Shown: one piece after another, positions 27,183-37,017 of the stretch
How positions within the stretch are numbered: the stretch's first letter is position 1
How the letters are laid out: every line of letters begins with the position of its first letter
NCBI GenBank assembly: GCA_964202905.1
Contig: CAXNJO010000008.1
Span: 96,001-160,000, forward strand
DNA length: 64,000 nt
Direction: 5' to 3'
DNA from: Polyangiales bacterium
GTDB taxonomy: Bacteria > Myxococcota_A > Polyangia > Polyangiales > JADJQN01
Notes under the pieces: model-generated
Seen by the model: the letters and a program-made list of their open reading frames with translations, nothing else
The model's database searches: none
What the model was told of the DNA's origin: nothing
Translations under genes and position numbers: made by a program

Positions 27183-27383
27183 GGGCCTTTGCACGTCGAC
27201 GGGAGCGGCGTTGCAGCGGACGGGCCCTGACCCGCGCATGGCGCGCCATCCGCCGCTGAATGGCGGTTCATTCGCCGTCGCCGCGGGCGTGACGCGCGTG
27301 GCGATGACAAGCGGTCCGCGGCGTGGTCTAACCTCCCACGACGCGGCGCCATCGTGGGCGTCGCGATGCGGGGAGGAGCCGAC

Positions 27384-28286
27384 GTGAGCCAGTCGTGGAT
27401 GCGGTCGAAGTCTGCGCGCACGGGCGCACTGCGCGGGTGGGTGACGCCGCTCGTGCTCGCGCTCGTCGGCTGCGGTGGCGCGAGCGCGTACGCCCCGCCG
27501 CCCGGAGGCGTCACGCGCGCCGAGTCGTACGGCGGAAGCTATGCGGAGGCCGAGTCGGCGCCGATGGCCGCGCCGAGCACGTCGGCGGACTTCGCCGAGG
27601 ACGTGGTCTCGGGCGATCTCGCGCAGCCCTCCGATGCGATGATCGCGCAGGCTGCACCCGCGCAGAACGCCGCGCCCGTCCCGCAGGGGGCTGCGACCTC
27701 GACGCCTCCGCGCGCCGAGGCCGACGACGCGCAGCGCGGCCCGCTGCTCATCTACCAGGCGACGCTGCACCTCAGCGTCTTCGAGGTCGAGGCCACGCAG
27801 CGCAGCGTCATCGGGATCGCCCAGGATCTGGGCGGTTTCCTCGCGCGGCAGAGCGATCAGCAGGTCGTCATCCGCGTGCCGGCCGGGAAGTTCCGCGACG
27901 CGCTCGCGCGCATCGAGGAGACGGGCGATGTGCTCCACCGCAACGTCGAGGCGCTCGATGTGAGCGAGGAGTTCCGCGACGTGCAGATCCGCCTCCGCAA
28001 CGCCGAGGTGGTGCGCGACCGGCTCGCGGCGCTCATGGCGCAGGCGCGCAACGTCGAAGAAGCGCTCGCCGTGCAGGGCGAGCTCGAGCGCATCACCGGC
28101 GTGATCGAGCAGCTCAAGGGCCGCCTCCAATACCTCGGCGATCGCATCGCCTACTCGACCATCACCGTGTTCTTCCAGCCCGCGGCGACGGCGACGACGG
28201 ATCAGCCCGACGTCTTCCGGCTGCCGTTCCCGTGGCTCGACGAGCTCTCGCTCCGCAGCCTGCTGAACCTCCCCTATCAGGACTGA
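27384..28286 (+). CDS. DUF4349 domain lipoprotein
   Basis: GGAGG RBS; LVGC; LLIYQATLHL, IRVPA, DVSEEFRD...RL, IEQLKGRLQYL...YSTITV. Confidence 0.8.
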   Translation: MSQSWMRSKSARTGALRGWVTPLVLALVGCGGASAYAPPPGGVTRAESYGGSYAEAESAPMAAPSTSADFAEDVVSGDLAQPSDAMIAQAAPAQNAAPVPQGAATSTPPRAEADDAQRGPLLIYQATLHLSVFEVEATQRSVIGIAQDLGGFLARQSDQQVVIRVPAGKFRDALARIEETGDVLHRNVEALDVSEEFRDVQIRLRNAEVVRDRLAALMAQARNVEEALAVQGELERITGVIEQLKGRLQYLGDRIAYSTITVFFQPAATATTDQPDVFRLPFPWLDELSLRSLLNLPYQD

Positions 28287-28290
28287 CGCG

Positions 28291-28813
28291 ATGACCCGCC
28301 ACCCCCGCCTCCGCGCCACCGCCCCGTCCACCGCGCGCGTCGCGCTCACGGCCGCACTCGCCGCGCTCCCGCTCGCCGCCCTCTCACTCGCGGGCGTGCG
28401 GCGGCACCGCCTCGCACCTCGTCGCGCCCACCAACTTCCTCGAGCTCGACGAGCCGGGCGAGAGCTACGCGCAGCGCGCGACGAGCGCCGAGGGCGTCGT
28501 GCTCGCCGTGCGCGAGGTCGAGAACGCGCCCTACGGCCCGCTCGCCTTCTGGGTCGAGGCCATCAAGCGCCGCATGCGCAACGTCCGCGGCTACGCGCTC
28601 GTCGAGGAGCGCGACGTGCGCGCCGCCTCCGGCGAGGCGGGCAAACAGCTCCGCTTCGGCCACGACGAGTCGGGCGGCCCCTTCCACTTCTGGCTCACCG
28701 TCTTCGTCACCGACGACTACGTTTTCGTCGTCGAAGCCGGCGGCAAGAAGGATTTGTTCGAAGCCGCGCAGCCCGAGATCGAGCGCGCGATCGCGGGCTA
28801 TCGGGTGGATTGA
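28291..28813 (+). CDS. Hypothetical lipoprotein, frameshift at about 28396
   Basis: Removing one base restores lipobox SLAG-C and joins to the 28499..28813 frame. Confidence 0.6.
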
Positions 28814-28865
28814 GCGGGCGACGGGAATGAATCCGGGCGCGTCGTGTGTCGTATTCTCCAGCGCC

Positions 28866-29147
28866 ATGAACCATTTCTTCTCCGCTTCGCTCCCGGCTCG
28901 CCTCCTCGTCTCCTCGCTTCTGATGGTCTCCCTCGCGCTCGTCGGTTGCGGCGCTTCGGAAGTCGGCGAAGCGTGCGACACGGGCGGCTCGGCCGACGAG
29001 TGCGTCGACGGCGCGATCTGCACGAATGAGGGCGAAGGCAACACCTGCCGCCTCGTGTGCGAGGAGCAGGCGGACTGCCCGGCGGATTACTCCTGCAACG
29101 GAGTTACGGGTGGCTCGACCAAGAGCTGCCAGCCCGACCGCATCTGA
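28866..29147 (+). CDS. Small Cys-rich lipoprotein
   Basis: LVGC lipobox followed by 8 further Cys. Confidence 0.75.
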   Translation: MNHFFSASLPARLLVSSLLMVSLALVGCGASEVGEACDTGGSADECVDGAICTNEGEGNTCRLVCEEQADCPADYSCNGVTGGSTKSCQPDRI

Positions 29148-29159
29148 GCGCCGCGAGCG

Positions 29160-30227
29160 CTACTTCGCGGGGGGCTGCGGATCGCGCACGGGCCGCTCCG
29201 CCAGCGACCTCGCGAGCGCGCGCAGCGGGTCGAAGCCAAGCAGCGCGGTGATCGAGCCCACCTCGCCGACGCGCCCGCGCACGTACGATGCGAAGGGCGC
29301 GAGCGGCTTGAGCGCGTCGAAGCCGCCGAGCCAGCGCGAGGTGGTGCGCGCGACGGCGCGCGCGGCGTCGGCGCCGAGCGCGACCGCAACGTAGGGGGGC
29401 GTCGGGTGCACGATGATGTCGCGCACCGCGACTGCGCGGGCCCACGCGCCCGGGTCCGGGTCGCGGAGCAGCGCGCGAATCTGGCTCGCCTCCGCGAAGA
29501 GCCCGACGTGCACCGGCGCGACCGCGCGCGCGACGGCGTCGGCCACGACGCGGTGATCGCGGCGCCAGTCGCCGCCGAGCGGCCCCGTCCAGCGGAAGAT
29601 CAAGTCCGGGCCCGCCGCGAGATCGACGGCCCCGTCGCGTCGGCGCAGCGCGACGGCCGTCCAGGGCGCACCGTCTTCCCAGAGCACCACGACGAGCGCG
29701 TGCTCGTCCGGCAGCACGATGTCGAGCGCGCGTCGCACCATGCCTGAGGTGGGGATGGGGACGTCGTCGACCGGGCGCGGCCAGGCGTGGATCTTCCCGG
29801 AGGACGTGAGCTCGCGGATGATGCGCGCGAGCACGAGCCACTGCGTCGCGTAGTCGTCCGTGCGCTCGAGGCGCTGCGCGAGCGTCTCGGCGAGCTCGTC
29901 GAGGACGCCTTCGCGGAGCTCGAGCGCCCGCCGGGCGGCGTAGGCGCGGGCGACCCGCTCAAGGTCCTGCGGGCCGTCGTAGGCGAGGTCGCGCACGCGC
30001 CCGCGCGTCGTGTGCAGGGCGCGAAGGATGCGGCCGTCGTCGGCGCGGACGATGACGAGCGTGCCCTCGGCGACCTCACTCCGCGCCTCGCGCAGGTCGA
30101 TCTCGGGCGCGTCCGTGTCGGCGGGGTCGCCTTCGACGCGGTCGCGCAGCCCCGGCGCGAACAGCGACAGGAGGTTGGTCCACGAGCGCGCGTCGAAGCC
30201 CTCGAAGCGCAGGTGCGGCGAGATCAC
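29160..30227 (-). CDS. Hypothetical protein
   Basis: 3' half of ORF 29160..31265 is protein-like (VISPHLRFEGFDARSW...); GTGA overlap with the glycoside hydrolase. Confidence 0.7.
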   Translation of the reverse strand: MISPHLRFEGFDARSWTNLLSLFAPGLRDRVEGDPADTDAPEIDLREARSEVAEGTLVIVRADDGRILRALHTTRGRVRDLAYDGPQDLERVARAYAARRALELREGVLDELAETLAQRLERTDDYATQWLVLARIIRELTSSGKIHAWPRPVDDVPIPTSGMVRRALDIVLPDEHALVVVLWEDGAPWTAVALRRRDGAVDLAAGPDLIFRWTGPLGGDWRRDHRVVADAVARAVAPVHVGLFAEASQIRALLRDPDPGAWARAVAVRDIIVHPTPPYVAVALGADAARAVARTTSRWLGGFDALKPLAPFASYVRGRVGEVGSITALLGFDPLRALARSLAERPVRDPQPPAK

Positions 30228-32365
30228 GACGCGCCTCCCTTGCCACCCGAGGTGCGTCGGGCGCGCGGCCGCGCGGCACGCGGCGTGGGTGTCGGCGTCT
30301 GGGTGGGCGCTGCGTCCGGGGCGTCCACGAGCAGCATGCGCACCGTCTGCGCGGGCACGCGGAGTCGCAGGGTCGTGTCGCCGGACAGGCGCTCGCCGCT
30401 GAAGGCGTCGACGAAGTCGAGGGGCCCGGGCAGCGCGACCTCGCCGTCGAGCGCGTGCTTCTCGGCGTTGACGACGAAGAGCACGCGCGGGCCGTGCTCG
30501 TCCTCGTGCACCGTCGTCTCGAGCAGCGTCGGGGTCGCGCGGAAGGGGCGCGCGAGCTCGAGCGCCTCGGCGAGCTCCGCGACGACGCGCGCGGCGTCCG
30601 CGGCCGTGTCGATGAGGACGCGGCGTCCACGCCGCGGCACCTCGAACGCGTGCGGGAGCATCTCTGCGTCGAGCGCTGGCATCGTCGGCCCGTAGACGAG
30701 GGTGCTGCCCTCCCGCGCGGCGTCGCACACGCGCTGCCAGCGCTCCGTCGATGCGTACTCGTACGAGGGCGTGATGAGCACGCGGTGGTCCGCGAGCCGC
30801 GCGGGATCGGCGTCGCCGTCCACGTAGACGTAAGGGATGCCGGCGTCCGTGAGCGCGTCGGCGAAGCGCGCCAGCATGCGGAACCAGAGCGTCTGGACGG
30901 GCCCCGCGAAGCCGAGATCGTCGTCGCGACAGCCGTCGACGGGCGTGCCGCCGATGGCCTCGACGGTGGCGGGCGAGATGGGGCCGAGCAGGTTCGTCGC
31001 GCGCGACAGGCGCTGATACTCGCGCGGGACCACCAGCGCGACCTCCGCGCGGCGCTCGAGCCGGTGGAAGCCCACCTCGACGAGCCGCCCGACGAGCACG
31101 CGCCACGCGTCGGCCTCGGGGCGCGCCGCGCCGGCCGCGTCGATGGGCGCGCCGTACCAACGATCGCGGTCGACGAGCATGTAGAGGTTGAAGCCGCGCA
31201 GCCCGAACGCGAGCGCGCAGAGCGCGCAATACAGGGAGTCCGCGTGCGCGAGCGGGGTGAACCACGGCGGCGCGCCCACCCCGAGCTCGGGGGCGTACGG
31301 GATGCGCGCGGTGCCGGCGAGGTAGAGCGTGCGGCGCTTGATCGTCCTGTGCTCGCGGCGCCCGTGGTAGTAGTCAAAGCCCACGAGTTCGGCGACCTCC
31401 TCGAGGCCGGGCACGCTGAGCGGCAGCCCGCCGTCGCCGAGCGGGAGGTTGTGGACGAAGGGCACGCCCTCCATGCCGGCGCGCTCCATGCGGGCGCGCA
31501 TCTTGCCGAGCGCGCCCGCGATCAGGGCCTCGTGGTAGGCCGCCCAGTCGAGGTGCAGCGTCAGGGCCTCGGGCGACTGCGCGTCGAAGCGCACGGGCGC
31601 AGCGCAGCCTTCGAACGCCGGATACGCGGCGCGGTGCGCGGTGTTGAGCGCCTCGACCGAGCCGTAGCGATCCGCGAGGAACGCGTGCCAGCCCGCGAGC
31701 GCGTCCGGGTGGTAGTCCTGACAATACGCGCCGTCGCGGAAGTAGAACGAGGCTTCGTTGTCGACCTGCAGGAGCGCGACCGGTCCCTCGGGCCAGAGGC
31801 GTGGCGCGACGATCTCGCCCACGGCGTCGAACCAGGCGCCGACCTCCTGGTGGAAGCGCGCGCTCGCGTAGGACGGCACCGGGAACATCACGGGCGGGAA
31901 GAACAGGTAGACCGGGCTGCCCTTCGGCGAGCGGGCCTGGCAGGCCGGGTCGTAGACGATGCGCTCGGGCAGGCCGAAGAACGTGAGCTCCGCGTTGATG
32001 TGCGGGCCGGGCCGCACGAAGGCGAGCAGGCCGAGTTCGTGCGCGAGATCGAGGAACGCCCCGAGATCCTTGCGCGCGTCGCGACGGCCGAAGTCGAGCT
32101 CGCCGGGCCCCGTCTCGTGTACGCCCCACGGCACGTACGTCTCGACGATGGGCAGGCCCAGTCGCACGAGCGACTCGAGCGCGGGCCGCCAGGCGCTGCG
32201 CTCCAGCCGCCAGTAGTGGACGGCGCCGGAGAGCAGCGGCACGGAGCGCGTGCCCACCCGGAGCGCGCGGTCACGCAGGTCCACGCGGAGCGCGCGCGGG
32301 GGTTGATCGACGGGGCCGCGTGCTCGCACGGCGCGGGGGCGCTCGGAGGCGCGGGGGCCGGGCAT
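30224..32365 (-). CDS. Beta-galactosidase-like glycoside hydrolase (GH35 catalytic domain, GH42-like C-terminal domains)
   Basis: LLSGAVHYWR, ETYVPWGVHE, RPGPHINAE, QVDNE, APELG, FNLYM. Confidence 0.85.
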   Translation of the reverse strand: MPGPRASERPRAVRARGPVDQPPRALRVDLRDRALRVGTRSVPLLSGAVHYWRLERSAWRPALESLVRLGLPIVETYVPWGVHETGPGELDFGRRDARKDLGAFLDLAHELGLLAFVRPGPHINAELTFFGLPERIVYDPACQARSPKGSPVYLFFPPVMFPVPSYASARFHQEVGAWFDAVGEIVAPRLWPEGPVALLQVDNEASFYFRDGAYCQDYHPDALAGWHAFLADRYGSVEALNTAHRAAYPAFEGCAAPVRFDAQSPEALTLHLDWAAYHEALIAGALGKMRARMERAGMEGVPFVHNLPLGDGGLPLSVPGLEEVAELVGFDYYHGRREHRTIKRRTLYLAGTARIPYAPELGVGAPPWFTPLAHADSLYCALCALAFGLRGFNLYMLVDRDRWYGAPIDAAGAARPEADAWRVLVGRLVEVGFHRLERRAEVALVVPREYQRLSRATNLLGPISPATVEAIGGTPVDGCRDDDLGFAGPVQTLWFRMLARFADALTDAGIPYVYVDGDADPARLADHRVLITPSYEYASTERWQRVCDAAREGSTLVYGPTMPALDAEMLPHAFEVPRRGRRVLIDTAADAARVVAELAEALELARPFRATPTLLETTVHEDEHGPRVLFVVNAEKHALDGEVALPGPLDFVDAFSGERLSGDTTLRLRVPAQTVRMLLVDAPDAAPTQTPTPTPRAARPRARRTSGGKGGAS

Positions 32366-32593
32366 GATGGGCTGCGGAGGATAAACGCAGCGCGGAGCCA
32401 CGCCAAGGGCGCCGCGCAGGGGCCTGCAGCGCCGATCACGGCGGTCGGACGGGCGCTCGCCACGTCGGTCATGCCCACGCTTGGTGTCGCCGTGCGTTGT
32501 CGAAGGCCCCGCGGGCTCCGCATGCGGTTGCCCGCGCGCCGCGCCGCCCCTGCGCCGTCGCGCGCGCCCGAACGAGGGCGGTGTCCGGGGCCG

Positions 32594-33775
32594 TCAGGGC
32601 TGCACGGCCGCGTAGGTGGGGCCCACGGCCGAGAGCCACGACAGCGCGCGCGAGTCGCCCGTCGCGAGGTCGATCACCGTGAGCACGTTGGGCCCGGGCA
32701 GCGGCACGAAGGCGTGCGACGCATCGGGGGACACCGCGACGCCGAGCGGAATCGAACTGCGATCGCCGCCCGCGAGCGGCCACTCGGCGAGCTCGCGCGG
32801 CTCAGTGTCGGCGAGCGAGACGCGCAGCAGGCGGCTCGGGCGCGCGCCGATCGTCACGAGCACATCGCTCGTGCCCGGGACGTGCGTGACGCCGTACGCG
32901 ATGCCCGCGAGCGGCCGCTCGGCCACGATCCGCGGACTGCGGGGGTCGCCCACGTCGAGCACCGTGTAGCCCGAGGGCGTGAGCGAGCGGGCGATGAGCG
33001 CGCGCCCCGTGCCGGGCACGAAGGCGGTGTCGCCCGGATCGCCGCCGATGAGCAGCGGCGCCGAGAGCGTGCCGCCCGGATCGGCCGGATCGAAGGTGCG
33101 GACGGTGCCCGTTCCGTCGAGGTTGACGAGCCCGACGGTGCCCGTCGCGTCGAGCACGACCTGCTCGGGCAGCGGGCCCACCTCGACGCTCTCGACGAGC
33201 GTGCCCGACGCGAGGTCGATGACCGACATCGTCGTGCCGCGCGCGCCTTCGACCCCGAAGTCGGCGGTGAAGGCGCGCATGCCATCCGGTGTGATGGCGA
33301 TGCTCATCGACACGCTCGGGGTCGCGATCCGCGCGCGCACCGTCCGCGTCGCGAGGTCGACGAGCAGCAGCCCACCGCCCGCCGGGATGCGCCGCGCGCC
33401 GAGTCCGACACCGACGATCGTGTCGAAGAAGCCCGGTCCGACCGCGACGACGGCGGTGCGTCCGTCGGGCGTGAGCTCGAGCTCGATGGGGCCCGGCGCG
33501 TCGTCGGGGAGCGCGATCGTGCCCGTGATCGCGCACGCTGCGGACGCGCCCGATTCGAGCCGCGCCTCGTCGAAGAGCGTGAGCGAGCGCGCGAGCCAGT
33601 CGGCCGTGACCACGAGCCGCGGGGCCGTCATCGGCGTGCCGCAGTCCGGTGGCACCGCGGCGTCCGCGCGCCCGGGGTCGGCCCCCGCGTCGGGCGAGGC
33701 CGGGCCCGGTGTCGACGCGTCGCAGGCTCCGGCGAGCACGGCGCACAGCGCCCACGCGACGGCGCGCGGACTCAA
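32594..33775 (-). CDS. YVTN/YncE-like beta-propeller lipoprotein
   Basis: LAGAC lipobox; repeated 'IAITPDG', 'VAVSPD', 'VIDLA'; TTGA overlap with the DGC gene. Confidence 0.75.
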   Translation of the reverse strand: MSPRAVAWALCAVLAGACDASTPGPASPDAGADPGRADAAVPPDCGTPMTAPRLVVTADWLARSLTLFDEARLESGASAACAITGTIALPDDAPGPIELELTPDGRTAVVAVGPGFFDTIVGVGLGARRIPAGGGLLLVDLATRTVRARIATPSVSMSIAITPDGMRAFTADFGVEGARGTTMSVIDLASGTLVESVEVGPLPEQVVLDATGTVGLVNLDGTGTVRTFDPADPGGTLSAPLLIGGDPGDTAFVPGTGRALIARSLTPSGYTVLDVGDPRSPRIVAERPLAGIAYGVTHVPGTSDVLVTIGARPSRLLRVSLADTEPRELAEWPLAGGDRSSIPLGVAVSPDASHAFVPLPGPNVLTVIDLATGDSRALSWLSAVGPTYAAVQP

Positions 33776-34842
33776 CCCCGCGGCTCCCGCTCGCTGCGCG
33801 GTGGACGGAGAAAGGCGCCGTCGTTCTGGAACACGCACACGCGGTCGCGGCCTTCCGACTTGGCCTGATAGAGCGCGCGATCCGCGGCCTTCACGAGCTC
33901 GTCCTTCGCGTTGACGTCGCGGCTCGGGTAGAACGCGACGCCGATGGAGACCGTGACGCGCAGCTCGTTCGTGCCGACGCGAATCGGCGGGCGCGAGACC
34001 GCACGCCAGAGCCGATCGGCGACGACGATCGCGCCCGAGGAGTGCGTGCCTGGCAGCACCAGCATGAACTCCTCGCCCCCGTAGCGCGCGACCACGTCGA
34101 TCTCGCGGAGCCCCGTCTTCAGACGGGCACCGACCTCGCGGAGCACCACGTCGCCCACGTCGTGGCCGTACGTGTCGTTGACCCGCTTGAAGTGGTCGAC
34201 GTCGATCATCGCGCAGGCGAGGGGCTCGTGGTAGCGCTCTGCGCGCTTGTACTCTTCGACCAGCCGCGAGTGCAGGTAGCGGTAGTTGTAGAGGCCCGTG
34301 AGCTCGTCGACGACCGAGAGCTGCTCGAGCCGCGCGCGCGATGCCTGCACGTGGTCGTGCAGGCGCTTGATGCGGAGCATCCCGTTGACGCGCGCGAGCA
34401 GCTCGCGCTCGTCGAAGGGTTTGCACACGTAGTCGTCGGCCCCGATGCGGAGGCCCTCGACGCGGCTCTCGGTGTCGCTCTTGCCCGTCACGAGCATGAC
34501 CGGCAGGAACGTGTCGGCCGTCATCGTCTTGATGAGACGGCAGCAGTCGATGCCCGAGAGCCCGGGCATCACGACGTCCATCATCACGAGGTCGACGCCG
34601 CCCTGGCCGACGCGGTCGACCGCAGCCTTGCCGTTGTCGATGACCTCGACCTGCATGCCCTGCGCGCGGAGCAGGTGCGCGACGCGCTCGCGGCTCGCGC
34701 GGTCGTCGTCTGCGATGAGCACGCGCGGCGTCGTCGGCGGCGTGTCCAGACGCAGGCCCCAGGGGGGCGTGACCGAGCGCGCGCCGCGACCGACGGGGGG
34801 ACGGCTGCTCACGGGGGGTCCGGGGGGACGACTCGCCGACAT
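33772..34842 (-). CDS. Response-regulator diguanylate cyclase (REC-GGDEF)
   Basis: IADDD, MMDVVMP, KPF; DELTGLYN, DVDHFKRVNDTYGH, REID I-site, GGEEF. Confidence 0.95.
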   Translation of the reverse strand: MSASRPPGPPVSSRPPVGRGARSVTPPWGLRLDTPPTTPRVLIADDDRASRERVAHLLRAQGMQVEVIDNGKAAVDRVGQGGVDLVMMDVVMPGLSGIDCCRLIKTMTADTFLPVMLVTGKSDTESRVEGLRIGADDYVCKPFDERELLARVNGMLRIKRLHDHVQASRARLEQLSVVDELTGLYNYRYLHSRLVEEYKRAERYHEPLACAMIDVDHFKRVNDTYGHDVGDVVLREVGARLKTGLREIDVVARYGGEEFMLVLPGTHSSGAIVVADRLWRAVSRPPIRVGTNELRVTVSIGVAFYPSRDVNAKDELVKAADRALYQAKSEGRDRVCVFQNDGAFLRPPRSEREPRG

Positions 34843-34999
34843 GACGCGGAGGCTATCACCGCGGGCGCAGCGTCACGGAGCACGCTCGCGGTGAATCGAC
34901 GCACGGGTCGTCGCGGCGCGCGAGGAGGGAGGCTCCGGGGGGCTGACGCGCGGCCGCGTGGGCTGCGTGAAGCCCTTTGTCAACAACGATTTAAGCGCG

Positions 35000-35016
35000 C
35001 GGCTCGTGCCTTGCAT
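35000..35016 (+). promoter_or_regulatory. Sigma54 -24/-12-like element upstream of rpoN
   Basis: CGGCTCGTGCCTTGCAT = GG-N10-GC with TTGCA; TATACT -10-like hexamer at 35046-35051. Confidence 0.55.
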
Positions 35017-35074
35017 ATTGCTTTCGCCGCGCTTCGCCCGGTGTCTATACTGAGCGCTCAGGAGGCTTCGCCGC

Positions 35075-36574
35075 ATGGAGATCAAGCAGCAGCTCCGCCT
35101 GTCCCAGCAGCTGGTGATGACGCCGCAGCTGCAGCAGGCCATCAAGCTGCTGCAGATGTCGCGGATGGAGCTCGTCGATCTCGTCCACGAGGAGATGCTC
35201 GAGAACCCCGTGCTTGAGGACGTCGCCGAGATCGGCGTCCCCCTCGAGAAAGTCACCGCCAGCTCCGCCTCGGTCGACAACGAATCCCGCGGCGAGCACG
35301 AGGTCCGCGCGCTCGAGGCGGCCGCGCCCGGCGAGGTCCCGACCCAGAGCGACGCGTCGCGCGAGGCCGAGAAGAAGACCGACGAGATCGACTGGGAGCG
35401 CTACCTCGAGAACCACGCGCTGCAGGCGCCGCTCCCGAGCTTCCGCGGTAGCGACGAGGAACTCCCCGGGCTCGAGGCCACACTCACGCGCGGCGCGGAT
35501 CTGCCCGACCACCTCATGTGGCAGATGCGTCTCACCGACTTCGTCGACGACGAGCAGCGCTTCGCCACGCTCGTCATCGGGAACCTCACCGACGACGGCT
35601 ACCTCAAGCTCGAAGACGTGCCCCCCGAGGAGGTCGTGCCGCGGCTCGCCGCCGAGGCGGGGCTCGACGCGGAGGATGCCGAGGAGGTGCTCGCGCTCAT
35701 CCAGCGCTTCGATCCCGTCGGCGTCGCGAGCCGTGACCTGCGCGAGTGCCTGCTCGTGCAGGCGCGCACCTTCGGGCTCGACCAGCTCGTGCTCGACGTG
35801 CTCGACCGGCACCTCGGCCACCTCGAGCGGAAGAACTACGGCGCCATCGCGAAGGACCTGCGCTGCGCGCTCGAGGAGGTCTACGACGTCGCGCAGGTCA
35901 TCGCGGAGCTCGAGCCGCGGCCGGGCCGCAACTTCATCACCGAAGAGCCGCAGTACATCACCCCCGACGTCTACGTGCACAAGGTCGGTGACGAGTACTA
36001 CGTGCAGGCCAACGACGACGGGATGCCGAAGCTGAAGATCAGCGGCTTCTACCGCGCCGCGATGCAGGGCGACCCGAAGGCGAAGGAGTACATCCAAGGC
36101 AAGCTGCGCTCGGCGCAGTGGCTGATCCGCAGCATCGATCAGCGTCGGAAGACGATCGTCCGCGTGACGGAGTGCATCGTCGAGAAGCAGAAGGAGTTCT
36201 TCGAGCTCGGCATCGAGTACCTGAAGCCGATGATCCTGCGGGACGTCGCCGACACCGTCGGGATGCACGAGAGCACGATTTCACGCGTGACGAGCAACAA
36301 GTACGTCCACACGCCACGTGGAATATTCGAGCTCAAATACTTCTTCAACAGCGCAATCCGCCGCGATGACGGGCAGGACGACATCGCCTCGGAGAGCGTG
36401 AAGCAGGCGATCCGGAAGATCATCCAGGAGGAGGACGACAGAAACCCCCACAGCGACCAGAAGATCGTGGAGATCCTCGCCGCGGCCGGCATCGTCATCG
36501 CCCGCCGCACCGTGGCGAAGTACCGCGAGATGCTCGGTATTCTCAGCTCGTCGAAACGCAAGAAGTTCTTCTGA
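35075..36574 (+). CDS. rpoN: RNA polymerase sigma-54 factor
   Basis: QQLVMTPQLQQAIKLLQ, HESTISR, ARRTVAKYRE RpoN box. Confidence 0.99.
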   Translation: MEIKQQLRLSQQLVMTPQLQQAIKLLQMSRMELVDLVHEEMLENPVLEDVAEIGVPLEKVTASSASVDNESRGEHEVRALEAAAPGEVPTQSDASREAEKKTDEIDWERYLENHALQAPLPSFRGSDEELPGLEATLTRGADLPDHLMWQMRLTDFVDDEQRFATLVIGNLTDDGYLKLEDVPPEEVVPRLAAEAGLDAEDAEEVLALIQRFDPVGVASRDLRECLLVQARTFGLDQLVLDVLDRHLGHLERKNYGAIAKDLRCALEEVYDVAQVIAELEPRPGRNFITEEPQYITPDVYVHKVGDEYYVQANDDGMPKLKISGFYRAAMQGDPKAKEYIQGKLRSAQWLIRSIDQRRKTIVRVTECIVEKQKEFFELGIEYLKPMILRDVADTVGMHESTISRVTSNKYVHTPRGIFELKYFFNSAIRRDDGQDDIASESVKQAIRKIIQEEDDRNPHSDQKIVEILAAAGIVIARRTVAKYREMLGILSSSKRKKFF

Positions 36575-36620
36575 ATCCGAGAGCACGCAGCGTTCACAGC
36601 CCTTCCGAGGAGGCCCACCC

Positions 36621-36953
36621 ATGCGCGTCGCATTCACGTTTCGGAACCTCGAGTCGTCGGATGCCGTCAAGCAGTACGCGACGGACAAGATCGCGAAGTT
36701 CCAGAAGTACCTCCGCGCTCCGCTCGAGGCGGAGGTGGTCGCGTCCCTAGAGCGTCACCTGCAGTGCGTAGACATCGTGATCGTGTCGGGCAGCAGCCGG
36801 TACGAAGCGCGCGAGGAGTCGCAGGACATGTACGCGTCGATCGACATGGTCATCGACAAGCTCGACCTGCAGCTGAAGCGTGACAAGGGCGCGCAGACCG
36901 ACCGCAAGCGCGGCGCGGGCGGCATCGCGCAGCTCACGGGCAAGAACCGCTAG
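36621..36953 (+). CDS. hpf: Ribosome hibernation promoting factor (HPF/RaiA)
   Basis: TFRNLESSDAVKQY, DMYASID; follows rpoN. Confidence 0.92.
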   Translation: MRVAFTFRNLESSDAVKQYATDKIAKFQKYLRAPLEAEVVASLERHLQCVDIVIVSGSSRYEAREESQDMYASIDMVIDKLDLQLKRDKGAQTDRKRGAGGIAQLTGKNR

Positions 36954-37017
36954 CCACCTCGGCCCCGGTGCGCCGCGACCTCCGCGGCGCCCGCCGGCCA
37001 GCCCCTGTGAGCCGGTC

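Noticed and set aside
30224..32365. GlmA-type exo-beta-glucosaminidase assignment
   Set aside because: The acid/base Glu is preceded by Asn (DNE) as in ordinary GH35; no specific support
30455..33868. 1137-aa plus-strand ORF and similar long antisense ORFs throughout
   Set aside because: Antisense shadows of real genes, expected at this GC content; no recognisable motifs
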